From assembly GCA_963703225.1 (NCBI GenBank), contig OY969801.1:393701-457700 (forward strand): a DNA stretch of 64,000 nucleotides. The letters are read 5' to 3'. Below, in pieces: positions 1 through 10,027 of this stretch. This DNA comes from Candidatus Eiseniibacteriota bacterium. GTDB taxonomy: Bacteria > Eisenbacteria > RBG-16-71-46 > SZUA-252. A program made the translations under genes and the position numbers. The notes beneath the pieces were generated by a model, which did not search any database, was not told where the DNA came from, and saw only the letters and a list, made by a program, of their open reading frames with translations. Each line of letters starts with the position of its first letter. Position 1 is the stretch's first letter.

Positions 1-293
1 TGGCGCTGGAGGACCTGGCGGACGAAGACGGGCCGCCGATCGACCCCGCCGATCCGGGGCCGGGGCCGGACGAAGGACTGAGGATCGGCCGCTCGGACGC
101 GCGCTTCGACGCGCTCGTCAGGGAGCTGCCGGAGCACTATCAAGCGATCTTGTTCCTCCGGTACAAGGAGGAATTGGCGTACGAGGAGATCGCCGAGACG
201 ATGAGCTTGCCTTTGGGTACGGTGAAAGTGCGGCTCCACAGGGCGCACGAGATCTTGAGACGGAAGCTGATGGCGAGAGGGAGCGGATCGTGA
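1..293 (+). CDS. ECF RNA polymerase sigma factor, 3' part (5' end outside window)
   Basis: Manual translation from nt 3 gives LVRELPEHYQAILFLRYKEELAYEEIAETMSLPLGTVKVRLHRA, a sigma70 region 4 HTH. The TGA overlaps the GTG of a zinc anti-sigma gene. Confidence 0.9.
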   Translation, partial: ALEDLADEDGPPIDPADPGPGPDEGLRIGRSDARFDALVRELPEHYQAILFLRYKEELAYEEIAETMSLPLGTVKVRLHRAHEILRRKLMARGSGS

Positions 294-928
294 AGACCAA
301 TCTGACGTGCGAGTCCTGCGAACGGGAGCTGTGCGCCTATCTGGACGGCGCGCTCCACGCGGCGGTCGCACGCGCGCTCGAGTCGCACATCGAGACCTGC
401 GCCCGCTGTCGCGGCCAGCTGGCCGACTACCGCGAAATCTCGGCCGGGCTCGCCGGGCTGCCGGAAATCGAGGCGCCCGGGTGGCTCGAAAGCCGTGTGC
501 TGGGTGCCGTGGTGGGACGGGCGCGACGCGAGCGGATCTGGTCCCGCGGGTTCGCCTTGGCGGGGGCGCTCTCCTTTGCCGTGGGGATCGGGCTGATCGC
601 CTACGCGCCCAGATTCGCGCGGACGTTCCAGCTCCCCGACCCTGCCACATGGCCCTGGCTGGCGGTTTCGGCCGTCTTGAACGGCATCGTGTCGCTGACC
701 AAACGCCTGGCGGTCGATGTCACGTTCTACGAGCCGATCGTGCGGCAGGTCTGGCTCGCCATCTCGGCGCTGGGGACCATTCCCCGAGTGGCGCTGCTCG
801 CACTGCGCACGACGGAAGCGCAGGTCGTCGTCGCCGTCGCGCTTACACTGGGGGTCGCGCTCTACTTCACTCTGCGGCCTTCCCGCACCCATGAAGGAGG
901 TGTCGGCCATGCGTGCCTCTCTCTCTAG
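290..928 (+). CDS. Zinc-finger (HxxxCxxC) membrane anti-sigma factor
   Basis: CERELCAYLDG...HIETCARC ZAS motif followed by hydrophobic segments; coupled to the ECF sigma gene. Confidence 0.85.
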   Translation: MKTNLTCESCERELCAYLDGALHAAVARALESHIETCARCRGQLADYREISAGLAGLPEIEAPGWLESRVLGAVVGRARRERIWSRGFALAGALSFAVGIGLIAYAPRFARTFQLPDPATWPWLAVSAVLNGIVSLTKRLAVDVTFYEPIVRQVWLAISALGTIPRVALLALRTTEAQVVVAVALTLGVALYFTLRPSRTHEGGVGHACLSL

Positions 929-2291
929 GACATGGGCGCGGATCGCGCCGGTCCCCATTCTCACGATCATGCTGCTCACGCTTTGGGCCCTGCTGGCCCT
1001 CTCCGCCGGCAGCGCGGCGGGCCAGTCGAAGTCGACCGGAACGACGACGCCGTCGGACACCACCAGCGACGGCGGCTTCAATGTCCGCGTGAAGGAAGAG
1101 GGGGGGCCGCCTCCGACCGCGGCCGATCGGGAGCGCATCCGCCGCAAGGTCGAGCGAATCGAGAAGGAGGCCGAGGCGTCCCGGGCGCACGGTCAGGGTC
1201 TGCCGGACGCTCCCGAGCCTCCCGAGCCGCCGGATCTGGAACTCAAATACGACAACAGCGACAACAATCTGGTCCGGTTCGGGGAGGACATCACGATCCC
1301 CGAAGGGAAGGTGATCGACGGCGACGTCGTCGCGATCGGCGGGTCGGTGACCGTCCTCGGCCGGGTGAAGGGGGACTGCGTCTCCGTCGGCGGAGCGGTG
1401 ATCGTGAAGGGCAAGGGCGTGGTCGAGGGCGACGCCGTCTCGATGGGCGGCGGGGTCACGACGAGCGATTCGGGATCGGTCGCCGGAAGCAACGTCTCCC
1501 TCGGCTCCATGCGCAACGGGTCGAACTGCCGTTTCTGGCCCATGGTCGGCATCTTTGGCGCGGTCGGAACGGGGGTCTGGCTGCTGACCACCTTGATCAA
1601 GCTGCTGCTCACGCTCTTCTTCGCGTGGCTCGCGCTGCTCCTGATTCGGGAGCGGATGCTCTACGCGGTCGAGAGGATGACCGAGCACTTCGGCAAATCG
1701 TTCCTCTGGGGACTTTTGGGCTGGGCCGGGATGGTCATCGCGGTCCCGACGGGCATCGTCGTTCTGATTCTCGTCTCCGTCATCGCGATCGCGATCCTCG
1801 CGATCACGATCATCGGGATCCCGCTCGCCATCCTATTGGTGATCGCGCTGATCCTTGGAATTGTGGGGATCTGTGTGGGGTCGCTCGTGGCGATCTTCAT
1901 TGGGTTCTTGAACGGAGCGATGTTCCTGGGTCGGAGAATCCTGGCCAAGAACGCCGCGCTCATGCAGAAGCCGTTGCTCGCGATCACGGTTGGGCTCGCA
2001 TTGATCTTCGTGCTGAATTTCGTGGGTGAGCTGCTGAAGGTGGTGGGCCTGCTCGTCTTCCACCCGATCTCCATCGCGCTCGGAATCGCCTCGGGCGCGC
2101 TGGCGGCGATCGTCACCACGTCGGGCTTCGGCGCGATGATCCTCACCCGGTTCGCGCCCGGTCCGCGCGGCGCGGGGTCCGGCGGCTCGCAGTGGTGGCC
2201 GCCGTCCAAGCCGACGCCGGCGCCGACGCCTGAGGCTCCAAGTCCGGAGACGGCGCCGCCCGTCTCCGGCGGCAGCTCGGACGCACCATAG
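909..2291 (+). CDS. Membrane protein with polymer-forming (bactofilin-like beta-helix) repeats and multi-pass C-terminal domain
   Basis: ATG after GAAGGAGG; signal peptide; repeats GDVVAIGGSVTVLGRVKGDCVSVGG; several TM helices. Confidence 0.75.
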   Translation: MRASLSRTWARIAPVPILTIMLLTLWALLALSAGSAAGQSKSTGTTTPSDTTSDGGFNVRVKEEGGPPPTAADRERIRRKVERIEKEAEASRAHGQGLPDAPEPPEPPDLELKYDNSDNNLVRFGEDITIPEGKVIDGDVVAIGGSVTVLGRVKGDCVSVGGAVIVKGKGVVEGDAVSMGGGVTTSDSGSVAGSNVSLGSMRNGSNCRFWPMVGIFGAVGTGVWLLTTLIKLLLTLFFAWLALLLIRERMLYAVERMTEHFGKSFLWGLLGWAGMVIAVPTGIVVLILVSVIAIAILAITIIGIPLAILLVIALILGIVGICVGSLVAIFIGFLNGAMFLGRRILAKNAALMQKPLLAITVGLALIFVLNFVGELLKVVGLLVFHPISIALGIASGALAAIVTTSGFGAMILTRFAPGPRGAGSGGSQWWPPSKPTPAPTPEAPSPETAPPVSGGSSDAP

Positions 2292-2297
2292 GGCAAG

Positions 2298-3032
2298 CTA
2301 CTCGAGGGGAGTCCCGACGGCTCCGAGACGCGCCGGGACGAACCGCTCGCTCTTTTCGATCGCGGCCCGGTCCCCGAGCCCCGAGAGGTTGACGGCGAGG
2401 CCGAGCAGGTAGCCCGGAATGCCTCGCTCAGCCCCGCGGCCCTCGGGGCCGGGCGATTCTCCCGCCAACCAACTTTCGATCTCCCCCAAGTCCTCGACCG
2501 CCACGGGCCGGATCGTCACCCGAACCGAAACGTAGTAGGTGCCCGTGGAGTCGAGCGCGCTTTCCGCCGCGATCGGCACCCATCGCGACGTGAACAGGAG
2601 CGCCCGGAGCGAATCGAGATCGGGCGCGACGCGGCTCCTCGGCGGGTTCACGCCCGATCGGATCCGGAACGACTTGGCCCACTCGTCGTACACGACCTTG
2701 TGCTCGCTCTTGAGGGCGACCACGAGCTTGTCAAACCAGAGCGCGCGCCGCTTCCAGAGCCCCACCTCGAAGGAGACGGTCGCGGGCATCCCCTGCATCA
2801 GCGTCTCCTCGAGCTTGGGCGTGAACGGCTGCCCCACCTCGTAGCTCACGCAGATCGCCCCGGAGATCCGCTCGATCGGTCCGACCGTGAGGAGCATGTC
2901 GTTCGCCGCGCGGGCCGCCCCCGGCGGGAGCGAGGCCGTGAGGGCCATCGCCAGGAGCCCGGCGATGAGAGCCGGGGTCGAACATCCGCCCGCGGCGCGG
3001 CGACGGTGAGGGACACGGCGGGCGCGGGCCAT
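2298..3032 (-). CDS. DUF4390-like exported protein
   Basis: Signal-like LIAGLLAMALTASLP; LEETLMQGMPATVSFEVGLWKRRALWFDKLV...VVYDEWAKSF pattern; downstream of an ntrYX-like pair. Start is approximate. Confidence 0.7.
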   Translation of the reverse strand: MARARRVPHRRRAAGGCSTPALIAGLLAMALTASLPPGAARAANDMLLTVGPIERISGAICVSYEVGQPFTPKLEETLMQGMPATVSFEVGLWKRRALWFDKLVVALKSEHKVVYDEWAKSFRIRSGVNPPRSRVAPDLDSLRALLFTSRWVPIAAESALDSTGTYYVSVRVTIRPVAVEDLGEIESWLAGESPGPEGRGAERGIPGYLLGLAVNLSGLGDRAAIEKSERFVPARLGAVGTPLE

Positions 3033-3040
3033 CGCGGCTC

Positions 3041-4316
3041 CTAGAAGGATCCGCCGAGGCGGACCCCGACGAGGAAGGGAGCGTCGGAGTCCTGAAGGCT
3101 CCGCGCGACCGTGATCGCGATCGGTCCCGGGCCGAGCCTGATGCCGGCGCCGCCGTCGAGCGCGAAACGCTGGTGATCGATCTCGCCGCGGCCGAACCAA
3201 GCCGCGCCCCAATCCAGGAATCCAAAGACCCAGACGTTCTTCCTGGCGAGCAGGTAGTACTCGGCGTTGCCGAGAAGGAACTGGTCGCCGTCGAATTTCT
3301 TGTACTCGCGCCCGCGGAGCGTCCCGATCCCGCCCAGGTGCCAGATCTTCTGCGCGGGGAGGTCGCCGTCGACCGTGGTCCCGCCGATCAGCCGCGCGCG
3401 GGCCTCCTGCCGCGGCGAGAGCCTCACCTTGGTGTGGGCCGCGCCGCGGATCCGTCCGTATTCCGAATCCCCGTCGATCGGCGAGCCGGCCCGCTCGTAG
3501 GTGATCTCGCCGTTGGTGCCGCCGTCGGCGGGAATGGCCACGGGCCCGATCCGAGCCCCTGCTTCCACGACGCCTTGCCGCCCGTCGTCGATGGCGGGGT
3601 TGGCGCGGAAGTGGTCCTCCTTCCCAAACACGGAGAAGCTCACCTCGGTGTCGAGCGAGCGGACGTCCTCCACCGAGGCTCCGACCCGGATCGCGAAGTC
3701 GCGGCCCGGCTCCCACTGCCCGAACGCTTTCCAGCCCTCGGCCTCGTAGTGATCCCGATAGTCGGTCCGGGCGAAGAGCGCGAAGAACGTGTTCTCGGTC
3801 TCGCCGACGATCCACCCATCTTCGGTCGCCGTGCGTCGGTAGAGGGCGCCCCCGACGCGGAAGCGGGCGGGATCGCCGATCGGCGCCTCGAAGCCGACGT
3901 CGTAGAGGAAGCGATCGCGCGAGAAGGCATAGCCGGCGGAAAGGTAGAGAAGCGGCCTCGGCTCCCGCTCGCTCTTGACCGCCACTCCCAGAAGGAGCGC
4001 GGGGCCGTCCACGCGGTTGTACCGGAAGTTTATGAGCGGGGTGAGGTGGGCCGCTTCAGGAAGACCGGCGGAGAGCGTCTCCCACTCCGCGGGTCGAAAG
4101 GCCGGTGGCGGGGCCGCCTCCGATACGGCGCGGACGCTGTCGGGCGGCGCAGGAGTGCGGCGCGCCGACGCTGTCGGGGGGTGGAGGCGTGGCGGCGGCG
4201 CCGACACTATCGGACGGGGCGTCGGCTCTCGCGCCGGCGGCCAAGAAAAGGCCAGCCAGGAGCGCGGCGCGGAGAAGCGCTGCGCTACGAGCCGGCGGTC
4301 TCGCGGGCCAGCCCAT
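3041..4316 (-). CDS. Omp85/BamA-TamA-like outer-membrane beta-barrel protein (frameshift near 4150)
   Basis: C-terminal LGGIGTLRGREYKKFDGDQFLLGNAEY, FLDWG and terminal Phe. The signal peptide (AALLRAALLAGLFLAAGARA) is in another frame (ORF 4056..4316), so a 1-nt indel is implied. Confidence 0.7.
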
Positions 4317-5652
4317 ACCGCTTGATCTTCCGGTGGAGATAGCCGCGGTCCATGCCCAGTCGCCGCGAAGCCTCCGTCACGTTCCACTGACACTGCTTCA
4401 GCGTCGCTAGGATTGTGTCTCGCTCGGCCTTCTCGCGGGCGACCTTGATTTCGCTGGGGGGTCCTTCGTCCGCGTTCGCCGGGAGCGCCTCCTCCACGTC
4501 GGCCGCGCCGACGGTTTCGCCGTCGGTCATGATCAGGATCCGCTCGATCAGGTTTCGAAGCTCGCGGATGTTCCCGGGCCACCCGTAGCCGGTGAGGCGC
4601 TCGATCGCATCCCGTGTGAACGCGCGGGGCGGCCGGCCGTGCTCCGACGACAGCCGGGCCCCGAAGTGCGCGACCAGGAGCGGGATGTCCTCCCGCCTCT
4701 GCCGGAGCGGCGGGAGGTGGATCGGGACCACGTTGAGGCGGTAGAAGAGGTCTTCCCGGAAGCGTCCCGCCTGGATTTCCTCCTGGAGGTCCTTGTTGGT
4801 CGCGGCGACGATCCTCGCGTCGACCGAGAGGGTCCGCGTGGCGCCGAGCCGCTCGATCTCTCCGGTCTCGATCGCGCGGAGAAACTTGGCCTGCGTCTCG
4901 AGGCTCATGTCGCCCACCTCGTCGAGGAAGAGCGTGCCGCCGTCGGCCGCCTCCAGCCGTCCGCGCTTCATCTGGGTCGCCCCGGTGAACGCTCCCTTCT
5001 CGTACCCGAAGAGCTCGCTCTCGACCAGATCCTTGGGCAGCGCGGCGCAATTCAATTTTTCGAACGGGCCACGCGCCCGCGCGCTGCCCTTGTGGATCGC
5101 GCGGGCGACCAGCTCCTTCCCGGTTCCGCTCTCCCCGGTCACGAGCACCTTCGCGTCGGTCTTGGCCACCTTCGCGATCTCGGCGCGGATCTGGTCCAGG
5201 CTGGCGCTCTTCCCCACCATCTCGTCCGACGCGCCGGCCATCGCGCGGAGCCGCTCGTTCTCGCGCTGGAGCGCCCGGATCTCCAGCGCGCGCTCCACCG
5301 TGACCTGGAGCCGGTCCGGCCCAAACGGTTTCTCGACGAAATCGGCGGCGCCCAACCGGATCGCCTTCACCGCCTCCTCGATCGATCCGTGGCCCGACAT
5401 CACCACGACCGGGAGGTCGGGGTTGGCCGCCTTGGCCAACTCCAATAGGGCGAGACCGTCCTTGCCAGGGAGTTTGAGATCGGTGAGGAGGAGGTCGACC
5501 CGCTGCTGCGCGAGGATCCGCTCGGCCTCCTCCGCGCTGACCGCCGTGAGCGGCTCGTAGTGGCGCTTCAAGCTCGCGGCTGTTTCGAGCAACACCGAGG
5601 GCTCATCGTCGACGATGAGGATGCGGAGCTTGCCGCCGCCCGCCGCGCTCAC
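4285..5652 (-). CDS. Sigma54-dependent response regulator (NtrX/AtoC-like: REC, AAA+, Fis HTH)
   Basis: ILIVDDE, DLKLP, GESGTGKE, GAFTGA, LFLDEV, FREDLFYRLNV, C-terminal HTH. Confidence 0.95.
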   Translation of the reverse strand: MSAAGGGKLRILIVDDEPSVLLETAASLKRHYEPLTAVSAEEAERILAQQRVDLLLTDLKLPGKDGLALLELAKAANPDLPVVVMSGHGSIEEAVKAIRLGAADFVEKPFGPDRLQVTVERALEIRALQRENERLRAMAGASDEMVGKSASLDQIRAEIAKVAKTDAKVLVTGESGTGKELVARAIHKGSARARGPFEKLNCAALPKDLVESELFGYEKGAFTGATQMKRGRLEAADGGTLFLDEVGDMSLETQAKFLRAIETGEIERLGATRTLSVDARIVAATNKDLQEEIQAGRFREDLFYRLNVVPIHLPPLRQRREDIPLLVAHFGARLSSEHGRPPRAFTRDAIERLTGYGWPGNIRELRNLIERILIMTDGETVGAADVEEALPANADEGPPSEIKVAREKAERDTILATLKQCQWNVTEASRRLGMDRGYLHRKIKRYGLARETAGS

Positions 5653-7222
5653 GGCGATGTCTCCTCCACGGCCGCCGAGGAGGGGATGGTGAGCCAGGCC
5701 CGGGTTCCGACGCCTGGACTCGACTCGATCCCGAATCGCCCTCCATGCTGCTCCACAATCCGCTGGACGAGCGTGAGGCCGAGGCCGCTTCCGGTCGATT
5801 TGGTGGTGAACCCAGGGTGGGTCGCCCGCTCGAGCGTCGCCGCGTCCATGCCCGGCCCTGTGTCCTCGACTTCCAGCGTGACGCCCTCGCCGTCCTCGGG
5901 TGCGGCGCGACGAACCCGGAGCGTGACCGTGCCCCGATCGCCCATCACCTCGACCGCGTTCTTGATCAGATTCACGAGCACACGCTGGATTTGACCCGCA
6001 TCGGCCCAGGCTAAGGGAACGGGACGCTCCACCTCAACGCGGAATTCGATCGAGGAGGTGCCGCCGTAGAGCTTGGCGGCGTCCGAGGCAAGCTCGGCGA
6101 GGTCGCAGGGCGGCGAATCGCGGCTCCGGGAGCTGCGCCACCGCCGAGAACGCCGTGGCAAACTCCTGGAGCGAGTGAACCTCGCGCAGGATCGCCTCCG
6201 CGTTCTCCGCCACCACCTCCGCGCGCGGCGCTTCCGGGCGTCGCGCCTCATCCTTGAGACGCTGCAGCGCGAACTGAATCGGCGTGAGCGGATTGCGAAT
6301 TTCGTGCGCCACGGCGCGCGCCACCTCGCGCCACGCCGCGAGGCGCTCCGCGCGCAAGAGCGCTCGACGGGATCCCTGGAGCTCCTCGACCATTCGGTTG
6401 AACGAGGTCGGCGAGAAAGCGCACTTCGCTCGTTCCCGACGGCTTCACGCGATGCGCGAGGTCTCCCAAGGACGCCCGCGTCATGCCGGCACGGAGCGCC
6501 ACGATCGGCTTTGCGATCCCTCTCGCGACGAGGTAGGCAAGGCCGAAGCTGACCGCGCCCAGAATCAGGCTCCAGAGCGCCGCGAAAATCCAGAGGCTCC
6601 GCTGCGAGAGCCACGTGTAGACGCCGAGCCGCCGATACATCGAGAGATTCTTCTGGAGGGCCACGATCTCCGACGATATCTCGGGGTCGAGCTGGTAGCC
6701 CGCGAGGATGACTCGATCCCTGTCGAGCGACGCGACCCCGCTCACCTGCCGCGGCGCGTCATCTCCGGAAACGAGGCCGCCGTGCTCCAGAGCGGCGAGA
6801 ATCGAGGCGCGCTCGGGCTGGGGAAGGGTGATGCGCGGACCCAGCCGGGCGCCAAAGATGCGCTCCGCGCCCTCGGCCCCATCGCGAATCCGATAGAGCG
6901 CGATGTAGTCGAGCCCGCGGCTCCGCGCTTCGTCGCGGAGGTGGCGCTCGAGGTTGGCGCTTTGCTCCGGGGCTAGGAGGCGCACGGTGGCCGGGTCGAG
7001 CGCCATGACCTCGGCGTGCTGGCGGGCGTCGCTCGCCAACCGCTCGATGCCGCCCCGGATCACCTCGAGCGACTGGCCGAGCGCGCGCTCGGTCTCCGGG
7101 TTCTTGAGCGCCGCCAGGCTCCGCGCGAGGTACTGCGTGACGTAGAACGTGAGGCCGAGCGAGGGGATGAGCGCGACGAGGAAGAAGAGGGCGAGGAGCC
7201 GCCCCCGGAGGGTGCCGAACAT
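5649..7222 (-). CDS. NtrY-like HAMP sensor histidine kinase, split by two frameshifts (near 6410 and 6110)
   Basis: TM/HAMP in ORF 6248..7222; H-box AWREVARAVAHEIRNPLTPIQ in ORF 6034..6393; HATPase NLIKNA/EDTGPG/GSGLGL in ORF 5649..6614. Confidence 0.85.
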
Positions 7223-7244
7223 CCTGAACCCGCGCCCCGAGGCG

Positions 7245-8351
7245 CTAACGGAGCCCGCCTTCCGCCTCGCCCGCCAGCTGTCCGCAAGCCGCTCCGATCT
7301 CCACGCCCTGGCTGTAGCGCACGGTCACCGCCGTCACGCGCGGCGCCAGGTAATCGACAAAGCGCTGGATGCGCTCGGCGGAGGGCCGGCGGAAGCGCCC
7401 GGGGCCGATCGGATTGTAGGGGATGAGGTTGATCCGGCAGGGGAGTTGCCCCACGAGGCGGACGAGCTTGGCGGCGTCGCGCATCGTGTCGTTGATCTCC
7501 TCGATCAGGATGTACTCGAAGGTGACCCGCTGCCCGACGGTCTCGATGTGGTGGCGGACCGCGCGGATCAGCGGCTCGAGAGGGAAGCGGCGGTTCACCG
7601 GCATGAGCTTTGAGCGAAGCTCGTCGGTCGCGGCGTGAAGCGAGATGGCCAGCCGATATTTCCGTCGCTCGTCGGCCAGCCGGATGATTTGTGGCACCAG
7701 CCCGACGGTGGAAATGGTGATCCGCTTCGACGGAACCCCCATCCCCTTCGCATCGGTGATGAGCGTGAGCGCATGCATCACCGCGTCGTAGTTCTCCAGC
7801 GGCTCTCCCATCCCCATCATCACCACGTTGAAATCTCGCTGCTCCGGGGGAAGCTCTCGGCGGAGGCGCAACACCTGATCCAGGATCTCCCCTGCCGTGA
7901 GGTTTCGGCCCCGACCCATCTTCCCCGTGGCACAGAATCGGCAAGCGAACCCGCACCCGTGCTGCGAGGATAGGCAGAAGGTCACGCGGCGCGTCGTGGA
8001 CATGTAGACCGACTCCACGAGGCCGCCGTCGGGGAGGGCGTACGCCAGCTTTCGGGTTCGGCGGTCGGGGGTCTCCCGCCGGGCCCGCTCGGTCAGCGAG
8101 CCGACGCGGTACTCCTCGTCCAGCCTGGCCCTGAGCGGCTGGGGGAGGTTGGTCATCGCCGAGAACTCGGAAACCCCTCGCGAGTAGACCCACTCCGCGA
8201 TCTGGCGGCCCCTAAATGCCTTCTCTCCCATGGCAATGAGGGTCCGTCCCAGCTCATCCTCCCCCAGTCCAAGCAGGTCTACGCGTGGGTCAGGAGGGCT
8301 CGAACCGCGGCCATTTTGTGGCGTGATAACGGTTTCCGACTTTACAACCAT
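7245..8351 (-). CDS. rlmN: 23S rRNA (adenine2503-C2)-methyltransferase, radical SAM
   Basis: CLSSQHGCGFACRFCATG, MMGMGEPLEN, ITISTVG, SLHA, INLIPYN, AACGQL. Start is approximate. Confidence 0.95.
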   Translation of the reverse strand: MVVKSETVITPQNGRGSSPPDPRVDLLGLGEDELGRTLIAMGEKAFRGRQIAEWVYSRGVSEFSAMTNLPQPLRARLDEEYRVGSLTERARRETPDRRTRKLAYALPDGGLVESVYMSTTRRVTFCLSSQHGCGFACRFCATGKMGRGRNLTAGEILDQVLRLRRELPPEQRDFNVVMMGMGEPLENYDAVMHALTLITDAKGMGVPSKRITISTVGLVPQIIRLADERRKYRLAISLHAATDELRSKLMPVNRRFPLEPLIRAVRHHIETVGQRVTFEYILIEEINDTMRDAAKLVRLVGQLPCRINLIPYNPIGPGRFRRPSAERIQRFVDYLAPRVTAVTVRYSQGVEIGAACGQLAGEAEGGLR

Positions 8352-8442
8352 GGCCCCATATGCTACGTTTGATCGGATTGTCGAGTCAACCATAGGGGGA
8401 TCTTACGCCGCCATCCGCGTCTTCTCCGGGGGCCGTGCCGTT

Positions 8443-9417
8443 CTAACTTCCTCGGAGTCCACAGTACGGATCGGTGCCGTGGATATCGGCACCAACTCGG
8501 TCCGGCTCCTCGTCGCTGACGTCGACGAGAGGGAGCGCCTCCGCACCGCCCACCGCATGGGGGAGATCTCCCGTCTCGGCGAGGGCCTCGATCGCACCGG
8601 TGTGATCGACAAGGCCGCCGCCGCCCGCACCCTCGAATGTCTGGAGCGATTCGTCCACGAAGCGGAGTACAGCGGCGCGAGCCGGATCCGCGTCGCCGGC
8701 ACGAACGCCTTCCGGGTCGCGACCAATGGCCAGGAGGTGGCGGAGTCCTTCGCGGAGCGGATCGGGTACCCAGTTGAGATCATCTCCGGAGAAGAAGAGG
8801 CTCGCCTCGTCTTTCTGGCGGTATTGAGCGGGCTCGGGACCGCGCGCGGCCCATCGGTCGTGGTCGATATCGGGGGTGGAAGCACCGAGATCATCAGCGG
8901 CGAGGGAGAGACAGGTACCCAGGTCATCAGCCTGGAGCTCGGCTGCGTCCGTCTTACCGAGCGACTGGTTCGGAGCGATCCCCCTGCCGAATCGGAGCTT
9001 GAAGCGGTCCGACGCCATGTCCTCGACGTCTTCGCCGAGAAGCTGCGTTCCTTCGAGCTGAACGGCGTCGAGCGGGCGATCGGGGTGGGAGGCACCGTGA
9101 CCGCATTCGGCGCCCTCGACCTCGGGCTCGTCAAGTACGACCCCTCCCGGATCGAGAACCACCACCTCACGCGCGAGTGTATCTCGAATATCGGCAAACA
9201 ATTATGTTCGATCCCCCTATCCCAGAGGCGGGATCTCGCCGGCGTAAGCCGGGGCCGCGCCGACATCATCCCGGCCGGAGCGATCATCCTCTGCGAATTC
9301 GTGGACCGGTTTGCTGTGAACGGCGTCTACGTGTCGACGAGGGGGCTTCGCTACGGGCTGGTGCTCAGCGAGGCCAGAAAGGCGACCCGCCCGGCCGGGC
9401 AGGCCGCCCGCGCATAG
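8443..9417 (+). CDS. ppx: Ppx/GppA family exopolyphosphatase
   Basis: AVDIGTNSVRL, ISGEEEARL, VDIGGGSTE, GRADII, GLRYG. True start unclear: no in-frame canonical start lies close to the domain, and the ORF-caller start overlaps rlmN. Confidence 0.88.
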   Translation, partial: LTSSESTVRIGAVDIGTNSVRLLVADVDERERLRTAHRMGEISRLGEGLDRTGVIDKAAAARTLECLERFVHEAEYSGASRIRVAGTNAFRVATNGQEVAESFAERIGYPVEIISGEEEARLVFLAVLSGLGTARGPSVVVDIGGGSTEIISGEGETGTQVISLELGCVRLTERLVRSDPPAESELEAVRRHVLDVFAEKLRSFELNGVERAIGVGGTVTAFGALDLGLVKYDPSRIENHHLTRECISNIGKQLCSIPLSQRRDLAGVSRGRADIIPAGAIILCEFVDRFAVNGVYVSTRGLRYGLVLSEARKATRPAGQAARA

Positions 9418-9447
9418 CACTCCCGGCACCCGCCGGCGACAATTGCC

Positions 9448-9476
9448 TTGACGCATCCGCAGAGCGAAGCTATCCT
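9448..9476 (+). promoter_or_regulatory. Sigma70-type promoter for the small secreted ORF / TPR activator
   Basis: TTGACG-17 nt-TATCCT in the intergenic region. Confidence 0.65.
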
Positions 9477-9487
9477 AGCTAGTTAGA

Positions 9488-9628
9488 GGCAGTGTTCGTC
9501 AACGGGCGCCTGCTCCCGCTCGGGAGCATCCCTCTCGGACCGCGGTATCGCAGCCGCGGCGACGACGCCTACTGACGAACTGCCGGCAACCACCAAGCGA
9601 AGCGACTGGAGCGCCGGGTGTCGCTTCG
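9488..9628 (+). ncRNA. Structured 5' leader (candidate cis-regulatory RNA)
   Basis: GGCA..GTTCGTCA (9488-9501) pairs with TGACGAAC-TGCC (9573-9584), enclosing hairpins TGCTCCC/GGGAGCA and CCGCGG/CCGCGG. Hairpin CGAAGCGAC/GTCGCTTCG (9598-9628) lies just before RBS TAAGGAG. Confidence 0.4.
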
Positions 9629-9644
9629 TGTAAGGAGCAAGGGA

Positions 9645-9947
9645 ATGAGGGTCCAGGTTCCACGCCGCATCATTGGTTTGGGCATCCTCGTCGCCTTCCT
9701 CTGTCTGACTCCGGCTCTTTCCTCGCCAGTTTTTGCCAGGCCCTATCACTGGGAAGACAGAGACTCGCCAGATCCGCCCCTCCCAAAGGGTGACGGTGAT
9801 GGAACGGTCGTGAAGGCTGCGGGCAACTCAAGTGCCCCGGCTCTCAGCACGACGGCGCCGAATGGCACGCGGACGTCGGTCACGAGCATGGTGAAGAGCG
9901 CTCTCCTCATGGTGCGTCTGGGCTACGGCTTGCGCTGGTACCTGTAG
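9645..9947 (+). CDS. Small secreted protein / candidate signalling-peptide precursor (100 aa)
   Basis: RBS TAAGGAG at 9631; Sec signal MRVQVPRRIIGLGILVAFLCLTPALSSPVFA; acidic Pro/Gly core DRDSPDPPLPKGDGDG; low-complexity linker; C-terminal amphipathic/aromatic helix. Confidence 0.75.
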   Translation: MRVQVPRRIIGLGILVAFLCLTPALSSPVFARPYHWEDRDSPDPPLPKGDGDGTVVKAAGNSSAPALSTTAPNGTRTSVTSMVKSALLMVRLGYGLRWYL

Positions 9948-10027
9948 CAGGTACGCAGCGCCCGTAATACGCGACACGGTCCCGGACCGTGCCGCGCGCC
10001 GTGGTATCGCAGTCGTTGAGGGCCGGT

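Noticed and set aside
7929-7944. TGGCAC-containing GG-N10-GC motif
   Set aside because: Lies inside rlmN on the antisense strand; a chance match.
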